Source: Balanoglossus misakiensis
Taxonomy: Eukaryota > Animalia > Hemichordata
Length of the DNA: 64,000 bases
NCBI GenBank assembly: GCA_040954595.2
Contig: CM082598.2
Span: 10,245,779 to 10,309,778, forward strand
Reading direction: 5' to 3'
A program made the position numbers and the translations under genes. Below, in pieces: positions 1-12,619 of this stretch (position 1 is its first letter; each line of letters opens with the position of its first letter). The notes beneath the pieces are model-generated. The model was not told the origin of the DNA and made no database searches. It saw only the letters and a program-made list of their open reading frames with translations.

Positions 1-113
1 GTTGAAAAAGGGCGCTACATGTATTGGAGCTTTAGTAATAATTGAAATACATGTAATGTGGAACAATTCTTCCTTTTTGTATACTGATTACCGCTTACTC
101 CATGTTTACATAG

Positions 114-1339
114 TGATATGTGTAACTACTACCCTGACCTGTCCATATTTGAAGGCCCTAGTTGCCAGCGTCGCACTGCCCAGCAGAAGTGCCAAGGATT
201 CCCAGGCCAATGTCACTATGGCAACCCAGGTCTCAAGGGGGTCAAGCATGGGTGCATTCAATGGTATGGCCTCCTCATCGACCTCGGCCCACTGGTCAAA
301 GTAGGACGTCACACCACTCAAAATGAAACTGGGTTCCGACAGTAGTCTTGAAGGTGAATTTTTCATTCCTTATTTTTGCAGAACATGTATTTAATGCACT
401 TGTCACTATTGCAAAAAGTAAGCGTTCACAAAATTTATGTCCAAATGTGCAAGAATCCTGTGTTTGAGTCAAGCTGAATAGCCAGAATACATGTCAAACA
501 TAAGTCTACCACAGGGCGCCCTACATGTCATGTGATAATTCTATGGAGATTCAACCTCATTGCTGGATATGCCATGGGCACTCAAGTGAAAAAGTTTGTA
601 AAGGCTGCCGACAAGCACTATTACGTACTCAACCCAGTCTATTGTCTCATTTTGATCATCGACGAATGGTATGACTTGCAACAGACATAATTATTAATGA
701 GTATGAATTTTAATAAGCAATCTGTACTCTTATCTGGGCAGAATCCTGAGCCTGCAAACCAGATTAAATTTGACAGAAACTACATCAAAGTCGGTGCAGA
801 TTTGAGAGGTTGTTGTTGTTTTTTTACAGAGATACTTGAAGGGCTTCAAGAATTGGACGACATTTCCAAACGGAAAGTGGATATCTTGCATTATTTCACG
901 GTAAGTTTACTCTGAAGTTTTGTCACTTTCACAGCCAAGACTTGGTTCAGTTCCAAAGCTTGAGTGACTTGGGCATTGCTTGAAGACCTGCATAAGTGTC
1001 ATTTGAGAGTTCTGAATTCAACAAAACCACTAACCAAAGTTTTCCTTAGAAACTAGGAATATTGTAAGTGAAATTCAATTGAATCATGTGGCTGTCGAAC
1101 ATTGGTCCCAACAATAACGACGAACACAATACGATAGAATTTTTACTCAATGACTTTCTGGCCTCATTTTCGCATCGTCTTGGAAGGGCAAATGAAAAAG
1201 GCATATCGATTATTGGTACTCCACTTATTAGACTTTCCACTGTTTGTCAACAGCACTGCCAAGGAACTCCTGCCAGCCATCATTGATTGTCTGGATAGTA
1301 GTGCCCAGAGTGTCGTCAATGTAGCTTTACAACATCTAC
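114..1339 (+). pseudogene. INTS1: INTS1 C-terminal fragment, exons D (114-353), E (830-900) and truncated F (1254-1339); upstream exons lie outside the window
   Basis: D reads DMCNYYPDLSI/LKALVASVALPSR (human, as recalled: DLSFDNSDLVMLKSLLAGLSLPSR), with a +1 frameshift near 148-150 and TAG at 302-304. E reads EILEGLQELDDISKRKVDILHYFT (DLLEVLSDIDEMSRRRPEILSFFS). F reads TAKELLPAIIDCLDSSAQSVVNVALQHL (IAAAFLPTFMYCLGSQDFEVVQTALRNL). The D-E splice is phase-compatible (GAAG|gt...cag|AG). Confidence 0.88.
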
Positions 1340-1393
1340 GCAAAACAAAACTCTTTTTTTTTTGGCCTAACTTAATATATTTGTTTATTTCAG

Positions 1394-4159
1394 TGCTATG
1401 AGCAATACTCCGTTGCGTTTACTGTCAGAGATGTATCTGCAACAACTCGATTTAATTCAGAGTGTCAGAAAAAGTGACTTGCTGGTCAAGAATGCAAACA
1501 GTGTCAGTCAGAGTGTCACACAGGTGAGAGATTTTTTCTTTTTTTTTTACACACGGGTTAGACGTGGGCATTGCAGAGAGGGCAGCACCAATTTCATAAA
1601 TGTGCGTAGCAGTAAATACAGACTGCCTTTGCTTCCTTCCATATTTCATGCACACCGTGTAAGTAGACTTTACCTAATTGTGTCCCTTCTTTTCACCCAA
1701 TTTTCTGTCTTTTCCTGATCTCCAACACAGACTATGGTTGCCACCATCTTGTCTGTTGTTAGGACAGCACACTGCCTTATTGTGTTGACTGTGTGCAGTT
1801 TTTGTAACCAGAGCCTCTTGTTTGACACATGCGGGTAAGACGATTGTCACCCTTTAAGTGTCTTGGTTGATATTTGTTTCAGTTCAATGTGTTGACCCAC
1901 AGTTTATTGTTGACGTTGGCCGCAACAAAAGCTGGACGAAATTGCGAAAACAAAATGAATGATGCCAACATTGCGCTCCGAAAAATAGCAACATCTCATC
2001 CGACATTGTTACTCAGGTAAGCAAATAAGTATGTCCAATCACACCAAAGTATTGCAAGCTGGGCATCTATGCAAGAATTCACAAAAGGTTATCATTCCTG
2101 AATTTGACTTGCAACAGTAGTTCGATAGTTAGCCAAATTTCACTGTAACATGTCACTTGTGGTCAGTCTTGACTGGTGGAGCATGCTGGCCTGGTATGCC
2201 TTACCCATTCCAGACACCTGGTACCACCACTTAAAAGTGGTTCAAGATGATCCTGTTGACATTATCATTCTTTCTCATATTTTTGGACATGGTAATTAGC
2301 TTACCTTGAATGATATTGATTATTGGACCTGATTTGATGCCCTATTTATCTCATTTTCAAATTTCAGACAAATGGCCATGATTTCAGCCGCTTTGAAAGG
2401 ACGCGTTCATTTGACGTTTCCCGAGTTCTGATCTCGCCTCCACCGTCTCTTCTTCTCGCACATTCTCGGCTTATTGGAGTTGCTTCAACCGTACGTCTTC
2501 CAGCAGGATACAGAACTGCTACACACAACAATGACATCTTATTTCCACCTCATCAGGGTAAGAACTCACTACACAATTATATAGTCCTGTAGCCTTTTCA
2601 TGGCCATCACAAACATTTTAACTATTAACGCTTTTGCTTAAACTATGACTGCATTGATATACCAAGGGGAACCCCGGTAAAATGACTGAGTAACCACGGT
2701 AACATTTACCTTGGTACCGCACAGTATGCATATGAGTACAATGTATGTGTGTTCATGTATATGCATTGTGTATGCCTATCCGAAAACTCATTTAAATGGA
2801 CCATTATGTTGTACCATACTGTTGAAAAAGGGCGCTACATGTATTGGAGCTTTAGTAATAATTGAAATACATGTAATGTGGAACAATTCTTCCTTTTTGT
2901 ATACTGATTACCGCTTACTCCATGTTTACATAGTGATATGTGTAACTACTACCCTGACCTGTCCATATTTGAAGGCCCTAGTTGCCAGCGTCGCACTGCC
3001 CAGCAGAAGTGCCAAGGATTCCCAGGCCAATGTCACTATGGCAACCCAGGTCTCAAGGGGGTCAAGCATGGGTGCATTCAATGGTATGGCCTCCTCATCG
3101 ACCTCGGCCCACTGGTCAAAGTAGGACGTCACACCACTCAAAATGAAACTGGGTTCCTACAGTAGTCTTGAAGGTGAATTTTTCATTCCTTATTTTTGCA
3201 GAACATGTATTTAATGCACTTGTCACTATTGCAAAAAGTAAGCGTTCACAAAATTTATGTCCAAATGTGCAAGAATCCTGTGTTTGAGTCAAGCTGAATA
3301 GCCAGAATACATGTCAAACATAAGTCTACCACAGGGCGCCCTACATGTCATGTGATAATTCTATGGAGATTCAACCTCATTGCTGGATATGCCATGGGCA
3401 CTCAAGTGAAAAAGTTTGTAAAGGCTGCCGACAAGCACTATTACGTACTCAACCCAGTCTATTGTCTCATTTTGATCATCGACGAATGGTATGACTTGCA
3501 ACAGACATAATTATTAATGAGTATGAATTTTAATAAGCAATCTGTACTCTTATCTGGGCAGAATCCTGAGCCTGCAAACCAGATTAAATTTGACAGAAAC
3601 TACATCAAAGTCGGTGCAGATTTGAGAGGTTGTTGTTGTTTTTTTACAGAGATACTTGAAGGGCTTCAAGAATTGGACGACATTTCCAAACGGAAAGTGG
3701 ATATCTTGCATTATTTCACGGTAAGTTTACTCTGAAGTTTTGTCACTTTCACAGCCAAGACTTGGTTCAGTTCCAAAGCTTGAGTGACTTGGGCATTGCT
3801 TGAAGACCTGCATAAGTGTCATTTGAGAGTTCTGAATTCAACAAAACCACTAACCAAAGTTTTCCTTAGAAACTAGGAATATTGTAAGTGAAATTCAATT
3901 GAATCATGTGGCTGTCGAACATTGGTCCCAACAATAACGACGAACACAATACGATAGAATTTTTACTCAATGACTTTCTGGCCTCATTTTCGCATCGTCT
4001 TGGAAGGGCAAATGAAAAAGGCATATCGATTATTGGTACTCCACTTATTAGACTTTCCACTGTTTGTCAACAGCACTGCCAAGGAACTCCTGCCAGCCAT
4101 CATTGATTGTCTGGATAGTAGTGCCCAGAGTGTCGTCAATGTAGCTTTACAACATCTAC
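1394..4159 (+). pseudogene. INTS1: Unprocessed INTS1 C-terminal pseudogene cassette (reference copy): exons A 1394-1523, B 1883-2016, C 2368-2557, D 2934-3173, E 3650-3720, F 4074-4159
   Basis: A reads LLSEMYLQQLDL...SQSVTQ. B reads FNVLTHSLLLTLAATKAGRNCENKMNDANIALRKIATSHPTLLLR (human, as recalled: LDGLIHRFITLLADTSDSRALENRGADASMACRKLAVAHPLLLLR). C reads QMAMISAALKGRVHLTFPEF*SRLHRLFFSHILGLLELLQPYVF (HLPMIAALLHGRTHLNFQEFRQQNHLSCFLHVLGLLELLQPHVF). Boundaries are canonical AG/GT and A-B-C phases are compatible. An in-frame TGA sits at 2429-2431. Confidence 0.9.
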
Positions 4160-4213
4160 GCAAAACAAAACTCTTTTTTTTTTGGCCTAACTTAATATAT
4201 TTGTTTATTTCAG

Positions 4214-6979
4214 TGCTATGAGCAATACTCCGTTGCGTTTACTGTCAGAGATGTATCTGCAACAACTCGATTTAATTCAGAGTGTCAGAAAAAGTGACTT
4301 GCTGGTCAAGAATGCAAACAGTGTCAGTCAGAGTGTCACACAGGTGAGAGATTTTTTCTTTTTTTTTTACACACGGGTTAGACGTGGGCATTGCAGAGCG
4401 GGCAGCACCAATTTCATAAATGTGCGTAGCAGTAAATACAGACTGCCTTTGCTTCCTTCCATATTTCATGCACACCGTGTAAGTAGACTTTACCTAATTT
4501 TGTCCCTTCTTTTCACCCAATTTTCTGTCTTTTCCTGATCTCCAACACAGACTATGGTTGCCACCATCTTGTCTGTTGTTAGGACAGCACACTGCCTTAT
4601 TGTGTTGACTGTGTGCAGTTTTTGTAACCAGAGCCTCTTGTTTGACACATGCGGGTAAGACGATTGTCACCCTTTAAGTGTCTTGGTTGATATTTGTTTC
4701 AGTTCAATGTGTTGACCCACAGTTTATTGTTGACGTTGGCCGCAACAAAAGCTGGACGAAATTGCGAAAACAAAATGAATGATGCCAACATTGCGCTCCG
4801 AAAAATAGCAACATCTCATCCGACATTGTTACTCAGGTAAGCAAATAAGTATGTCCAATCACACCAAAGTATTGCAAGCTGGGCATCTATGCAAGAATTC
4901 ACAAAAGGTTATCATTCCTGAATTTGACTTGCAACAGTAGTTCGATAGTTAGCCAAATTTCACTGTAACATGTCACTTGTGGTCAGTCTTGACTGGTGGA
5001 GCATGCTGGCCTGGTATGCCTTACCCATTCCAGACACCTGGTACCACCACTTAAAAGTGGTTCAAGATGATCCTGTTGACATTATCATTCTTTCTCATAT
5101 TTTTGGACATGGTAATTAGCTTACCTTGAATGATATTGATTATTGGACCTGATTTGATGCCCTATTTATCTCATTTTCAAATTTCAGACAAATGGCCATG
5201 ATTTCAGCCGCTTTGAAAGGACGCGTTCATTTGACGTTTCCCGAGTTCTGATCTCGCCTCCACCGTCTCTTCTTCTCGCACATTCTCGGCTTATTGGAGT
5301 TGCTTCAACCGTACGTCTTCCAGCAGGATACAGAACTGCTACACACAACAATGACATCTTATTTCCACCTCATCAGGGTAAGAACTCACTACACAATTAT
5401 ATAGTCCTGTAGCCTTTTCATGGCCATCACAAACATTTTAACTATTAACGCTTTTGCTTAAACTATGACTGCATTGATATACCAAGGGGAACCCCGGTAA
5501 AATGACTGAGTAACCACGGTAACATTTACCTTGGTACCGCACAGTATGCATATGAGTACAATGTATGTGTGTTCATGTATATGCATTGTGTATGCCTATC
5601 CGAAAACTCATTTAAATGGACCATTATGTTGTACCATACTGTTGAAAAAGGGCGCTACATGTATTGGAGCTTTAGTAATAATTGAAATACATGTAATGTG
5701 GAACAATTCTTCCTTTTTGTATACTGATTACCGCTTACTCCATGTTTACATAGTGATATGTGTAACTACTACCCTGACCTGTCCATATTTGAAGGCCCTA
5801 GTTGCCAGCGTCGCACTGCCCAGCAGAAGTGCCAAGGATTCCCAGGCCAATGTCACTATGGCAACCCAGGTCTCAAGGGGGTCAAGCATGGGTGCATTCA
5901 ATGGTATGGCCTCCTCATCGACCTCGGCCCACTGGTCAAAGTAGGACGTCACACCACTCAAAATGAAACTGGGTTCCTACAGTAGTCTTGAAGGTGAATT
6001 TTTCATTCCTTATTTTTGCAGAACATGTATTTAATGCACTTGTCACTATTGCAAAAAGTAAGCGTTCACAAAATTTATGTCCAAATGTGCAAGAATCCTG
6101 TGTTTGAGTCAAGCTGAATAGCCAGAATACATGTCAAACATAAGTCTACCACAGGGCGCCCTACATGTCATGTGATAATTCTATGGAGATTCAACCTCAT
6201 TGCTGGATATGCCATGGGCACTCAAGTGAAAAAGTTTGTAAAGGCTGCCGACAAGCACTATTACGTACTCAACCCAGTCTATTGTCTCATTTTGATCATC
6301 GACGAATGGTATGACTTGCAACAGACATAATTATTAATGAGTATGAATTTTAATAAGCAATCTGTACTCTTATCTGGGCAGAATCCTGAGCCTGCAAACC
6401 AGATTAAATTTGACAGAAACTACATCAAAGTCGGTGCAGATTTGAGAGGTTGTTGTTGTTTTTTTACAGAGATACTTGAAGGGCTTCAAGAATTGGACGA
6501 CATTTCCAAACGGAAAGTGGATATCTTGCATTATTTCACGGTAAGTTTACTCTGAAGTTTTGTCACTTTCACAGCCAAGACTTGGTTCAGTTCCAAAGCT
6601 TGAGTGACTTGGGCATTGCTTGAAGACCTGCATAAGTGTCATTTGAGAGTTCTGAATTCAACAAAACCACTAACCAAAGTTTTCCTTAGAAACTAGGAAT
6701 ATTGTAAGTGAAATTCAATTGAATCATGTGGCTGTCGAACATTTGTCCCAACAATAACGACGAACACAATACGATAGAATTTTTACTCAATGACTTTCTG
6801 GCCTCATTTTCGCATCGTCTTGGAAGGGCAAATGAAAAAGGCATATCGATTATTGGTACTCCACTTATTAGACTTTCCACTGTTTGTCAACAGCACTGCC
6901 AAGGAACTCCTGCCAGCCATCATTGATTGTCTGGATAGTAGTGCCCAGAGTGTCGTCAATGTAGCTTTACAACATCTAC
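4214..6979 (+). pseudogene. INTS1: INTS1 C-terminal pseudogene cassette, exons A-F
   Basis: Near-identical to the reference copy at +2820, with the same stops and frameshift. Confidence 0.88.
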
Positions 6980-7032
6980 GCAAAACAAAACTCTTTTTTT
7001 TTGGCCTAACTTAATATATTTGTTTATTTCAG

Positions 7033-9761
7033 TGCTATGAGCAATACTCCGTTGCGTTTACTGTCAGAGATGTATCTGCAACAACTCGATTTAATTCAGA
7101 GTGTCAGAAAAAGTGACTTGCTGGTCAAGAATGCAAACAGTGTCAGTCAGAGTGTCACACAGGTGAGAGATTTTTTCTTTTTTTTTACACACGGGTTAGA
7201 CGTGGGCATTGCAGAGAGGGCAGCACCAATTTCATAAATGTGCGTAGCAGTAAATACAGACTGCCTTTGCTTCCTTCCATATTTCATGCACACCGTGTAA
7301 GTAGACTTTACCTAATTTTGTCCCTTCTTTTCACCCAATTTTCTGTCTTTTCCTGATCTCCAACACAGACTATGGTTGCCACCATCTTGTCTGTTGTTAG
7401 GACAGCACACTGCCTTATTGTGTTGCCTGTGTGCAGTTTTTGTAACCAGAGCCTCTTGTTTGACACATGCGGGTAAGACGATTGTCACCCTTTAAGTGTC
7501 TTGGTTGATATTTGTTTCAGTTCAATGTGTTGACCCACAGTTTATTGTTGACGTTGGCCGCAACAAAAGCTGGACGAAATTGCGAAAACAAAATGAATGA
7601 TGCCAACATTGCGCTCCGAAAAATAGCAACATCTCATCCGACATTGTTACTCAGGTAAGCAAATAAGTATGTCCAATCACACCAAAGTATTGCAAGCTGG
7701 GCATCTATGCAAGAATTCACAAAAGGTTATCATTCCTGAATTTGACTTGCAACAGTAGTTCGATAGTTAGCCAAATTTCACTGTAACATGTCACTTGTGG
7801 TCAGTCTTGACTGGTGTAGCATGCTGGCCTGGTATGCCTTACCCATTCCAGACACCTGGTACCACCACTTAAAAGTGGTTCAAGATGATCCTGTTGACAT
7901 TATCATTCTTTCTCATATTTTTGGACATGGTAATTAGCTTACCTTGAATGATATTGATTATTGGACCTGATTTGATGCCCTATTTATCTCATTTTCAAAT
8001 TTCAGACAAATGGCCATGATTTCAGCCGCTTTGAAAGGACGCGTTCATTTGACGTTTCCCGAGTTCTGATCTCGCCACCACCTTCTCTTCTTCTCGCACA
8101 TTCTCGGCTTATTGGAGTTGCTTCAACCGTACGTCTTCCAGCAGGATACAGAACTGCTACACACAACAATGACATCTTATTTCCACCTCATCAGGGTAAG
8201 AACTCACTACACAATTATATAGTCCTGTAGCCTTTTCATGGCCATCACAAACATTTTAACTATTAACGCTTTTGCTTAAACTATGACTGCATTGATATAC
8301 CAAGGGGAACCCCGGTAAAATGACTGAGTAACCACGGTAACATTTACCTTGGTACCGCACAGTATGCATATGAGTACAATGTATGTGTGTTAATGTATAT
8401 GCATCGTGTATGCCTATCCGTAAACTCATTTAAATGGACCACCATGTTGTACCATACTGTTGAAAAAGGCAGCTACATGTATTGGAGCTTTAGTAATAAT
8501 TGAAATACATGTAATGTGGAACAATTCTTCCTTTTCGTATACTGATTACCGCTTACTCCATGTTTACATAGTGATTTGTGTAACTACTACCCTGACCTGC
8601 CAGCGTCGCACTGCCCAGCAGAAGTGCCAAGGATTCCCAGGCCAATGTCACTATGGCAACCCAGGTCTCAAGGGGGTCAAGCATGGGTGCATTCAATGGT
8701 ATGGCCTCCTCATCGACCTCGGCCCACTGGTCAAAGTAGGACGTCACACCACTCAAAATGAAACTGGGTTCCGACAGTAGTCTTGAAGGTGAATTTTTCA
8801 TTCCTTATTTTTGCAGAACATGTATTTAATGCACTTGTCACTATTGCAAAAAGTAAGCGTTCACAAAATTTATGTCCAAATGTGCAAGAATCCTGTGTTT
8901 GAGTCAAGCTGAATAGCCAGAATACATGTCAAACATAAGTCTACCACAGGGCGCCCTACATGTCATCTGATAATTCTATGGAGATTCAACCTCATTGCTG
9001 GATATGCCATGGGCACTCAAGTGAAAAAGTTTGTAAAGGCTGCCGACAAGCACTATTACGTACTCAACCCAGTCTATTGTCTCATTTTGATCATCGACGA
9101 ATGGTATGACTTGCAACAGACATAATTATTAATGAGTATGAATTTTAATAAGCAATCTGTACTCTTATCTGGGCAGAATCCTGAGCCTGCAAACCAGATT
9201 AAATTTGACAGAAACTACATCAAAGTCGGTGCAGATTTGAGAGGTTGTTGTTGTCTGTTTTTTTACAGAGATACTTGAAGGGCTTCAAGAATTGGACGAC
9301 ATTTCCAAACGGAAAGTGGATATCTTGCATTATTTCACGGTAAGTTTACTCTGAAGTTTTGTCACTTTCACAGCCAAGACTTGGTTCAGTTCCAAAGCTT
9401 GAGTGACTCGGGCATTAGTGTCATTTGAGAGTTCTGAATTCAACAAAACCACTAACCAAAGTTTTCCTTAGAAACTAGGAATATTGTAAGTGAAATTCAA
9501 TTGAATCATGTGGCTGTCGAACATTTGTCCCAACAATAACGACAAACACAATACGATAGAATTTTTACTCAATGACTTTCTGGCCTCATTTTCGCATCGT
9601 CTTGGAAGGGCAAATGAAAAAGGCATATCGATTATTGGTACTCCACTTATTAGACTTTCCACTGTTTGTCAACAGCACTGCCAAGGAACTCCTGCCAGCC
9701 ATCATTGATTGTCTGGATAGTAGTGCCCAGAGTGTCGTCAATGTAGCTTTACAACATCTAC
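7033..9761 (+). pseudogene. INTS1: INTS1 cassette, exons A-F, with a 23-bp deletion in exon D
   Basis: Same exons. GACCTG|CCAGCG near 8599 lacks TCCATATTTGAAGGCCCTAGTTG. Confidence 0.87.
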
Positions 9762-9815
9762 GCAAAACAAAACTCTTTTTTTTTTGGCCTAACTTAATAT
9801 ATTTGTTTATTTCAG

Positions 9816-12567
9816 TGCTATGAGCAATACTCCGTTGCGTTTACTGTCAGAGATGTATCTGCAACAACTCGATTTAATTCAGAGTGTCAGAAAAAGTGAC
9901 TTGCTGGTCAAGAATGCAAACAGTGTCAGTCAGAGTGTCACACAGGTGAGAGATTTTTTCTTTTTTTTTACACACGGGTTAGACGTGGGCATTGCAGAGA
10001 GGGCAGCACCAATTTCATAAATGTGCGTAGCAGTAAATACAGACTGCCTTTGCTTCCTTCCATATTTCATGCACACCGTGTAAGTAGACTTTACCTAATT
10101 TTGTCCCTTCTTTTCACCCAATTTTCTGTCTTTTCCTGATCTCCAACACAGACTATGGTTGCCACCATCTTGTCTGTTGTTAGGACAGCACACTGCCTTA
10201 TTGTGTTGCCTGTGTGCAGTTTTTGTAACCAGAGCCTCTTGTTTGACACATGCGGGTAAGACGATTGTCACCCTTTAAGTGTCTTGGTTGATATTTGTTT
10301 CAGTTCAATGTGTTGACCCACAGTTTATTGTTGACGTTGGCCGCAACAAAAGCTGGACGAAATTGCGAAAACAAAATGAATGATGCCAACATTGCGCTCC
10401 GAAAAATAGCAACATCTCATCCGACATTGTTACTCAGGTAAGCAAATAAGTATGTCCAATCACACCAAAGTATTGCAAGCTGGGCATCTATGCAAGAATT
10501 CACAAAAGGTTATCATTCCTGAATTTGACTTGCAACAGTAGTTCGATAGTTAGCCAAATTTCACTGTAACATGTCATTTGTGGTCAGTCTTGACTGGTGT
10601 AGCATGCTGGCCTGGTATGCCTTACCCATTCCAGACACCTGGTACCACCACTTAAAAGTGGTTCAAGATGATCCTGTTGACATTATCATTCTTTCTCATA
10701 TTTTTGGACATGGTAATTAGCTTACCTTGAATGATATTGATTATTGGACCTGATTTGATGCCCTATTTATCTCATTTTCAAATTTCAGACAAATGGCCAT
10801 GATTTCAGCCGCTTTGAAAGGAAGCGTTCATTTGACGTTTCCCGAGTTGTGATCTCGCCACCACCTTCTCTTCTTCTCGCACATTCTCGGCTTATTGGAG
10901 TTGCTTCAACCGTACGTCTTCCAGCAGGATACAGAACTGCTACACACAACAATGACATCTTATTTCCACCTCATCAGGGTAAGAACTCACTACACAATTA
11001 CCGGGCTATAGTCCTGTAGCCTTTTCACGGCCATCACAAACATTTTAACTATTAACGCTTTTGCTTAAACTATGACTGCATTGATATACCAAGGGGAACC
11101 CCGGTAAAATGACTGAGTAACCACGGTAACATTTACCTTGGTACCGCACAGTATGCATATGAGTACAATGTATGTGTGTTCATGTATATGCATTGTGTAT
11201 GCCTATCCGTAAACTCATTTAAATGGACCATTATGTTGTACCATACTGTTGAAAAAGGGCGCTACATGTATTGGAGCTTTAGTAATAATTGAAATACATG
11301 TAATGTGGAACAATTCTTCCTTTTTGTATACTGATTACCGCTTACTCCATGTTTACATAGTGATCTGTGTAACTACTACCCTGACCTGCCAGCGTCGCAC
11401 TGCCCAGCAGAAGTGCCAAGGATTCCCAGGCCAATGTCACTATGGCAACCCAGGTCTCAAGGGGGTCAAGCATGGGTGCATTCAATGGTATGGCCTCCTC
11501 ATCGACCTCGGCCCACTGGTCAAAGTAGGACGTCACACCACTCAAAATGAAACTGGGTTCCGACAGTAGTCTTGAAGGTGAATTTTTCATTCCTTATTTT
11601 TGCAGAACATGTATTTAATGCACTTGTCACTATTGCAAAAAGTAAGCGTTCACAAAATTTATGTCCAAATGTGCAAGAATCCTGTGTTTGAGTCAAGCTG
11701 AATAGCCAGAATACATGTCAAACATAAGTCTACCACAGGGCGCCCTACATGTCATCTGATAATTCTATGGAGATTCAACCTCATTGCTGGATATGCAATG
11801 GGCACTCAAGTGAAAAAGTTTGTAAAGGCTGCCGACAAGCACTATTACGTACTCAACCCAGTCTATTGTCTCATTTTGATCATCGACGAATGGTATGACT
11901 TGCAACAGACATAATTATTAATGAGTATGAATTTTAATAAGCAATCTGTACTCTTATCTGGGCAGAATCCTGAGCCTGCAAACCAGATTAAATTTGACAG
12001 AAACTACATCAAAGTCGGTGCAGATTTGAGAGGTTGTTGTTGTCTGTTTTTTTACAGAGATACTTGAAGGGCTTCAAGAATTGGACGACATTTCCAAACG
12101 GAAAGTGGATATCTTGCATTATTTCACGGTAAGTTTACTCTGAAGTTTTGTCACTTTCACAGCCAAGACTTGGTTCAGTTCCAAAGCTTGAGTGATTCGG
12201 GCATTGCTTGAAGACCTGCATAAGTGTCATTTGAGAGTTCTGAATTCAACAAAACCACTAACCAAAGTTTTCCTTAGAAACTAGGAATATTGTAAGTGAA
12301 ATTCAATTGAATCATGTGGCTGTCGAACATTGGTCCCAACAATAACGACAAACACAATACGATAGAATTTTTACTCAATGACTTTCTGGCCTCATTTTCG
12401 CATCGTCTTGGAAGGGCAAATGAAAAAGGCATATCGATTATTGGTACTCCACTTATTAGACTTTCCACTGTTTGTCAACAGCACTGCCAAGGAACTCCTG
12501 CCAGCCATCATTGATTGTCTGGATAGTAGTGCCCAGAGTGTCGTCAATGTAGCTTTACAACATCTAC
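9816..12567 (+). pseudogene. INTS1: INTS1 cassette, exons A-F, with the 23-bp exon D deletion
   Basis: Same exon set, with variant-lineage SNPs. Confidence 0.87.
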
Positions 12568-12619
12568 GCAAAACAAAACTCTTTTTTTTGGCCTAACTTA
12601 ATATATTTGTTTATTTCAG

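Noticed and set aside
580-640. Frame QVKKFVKAADKHYYVLNP as the missing INTS1 exon (FINKFVQFIHKYITYN)
   Set aside because: It is in the wrong order (after exon D), has no flanking splice sites and the similarity is weak.
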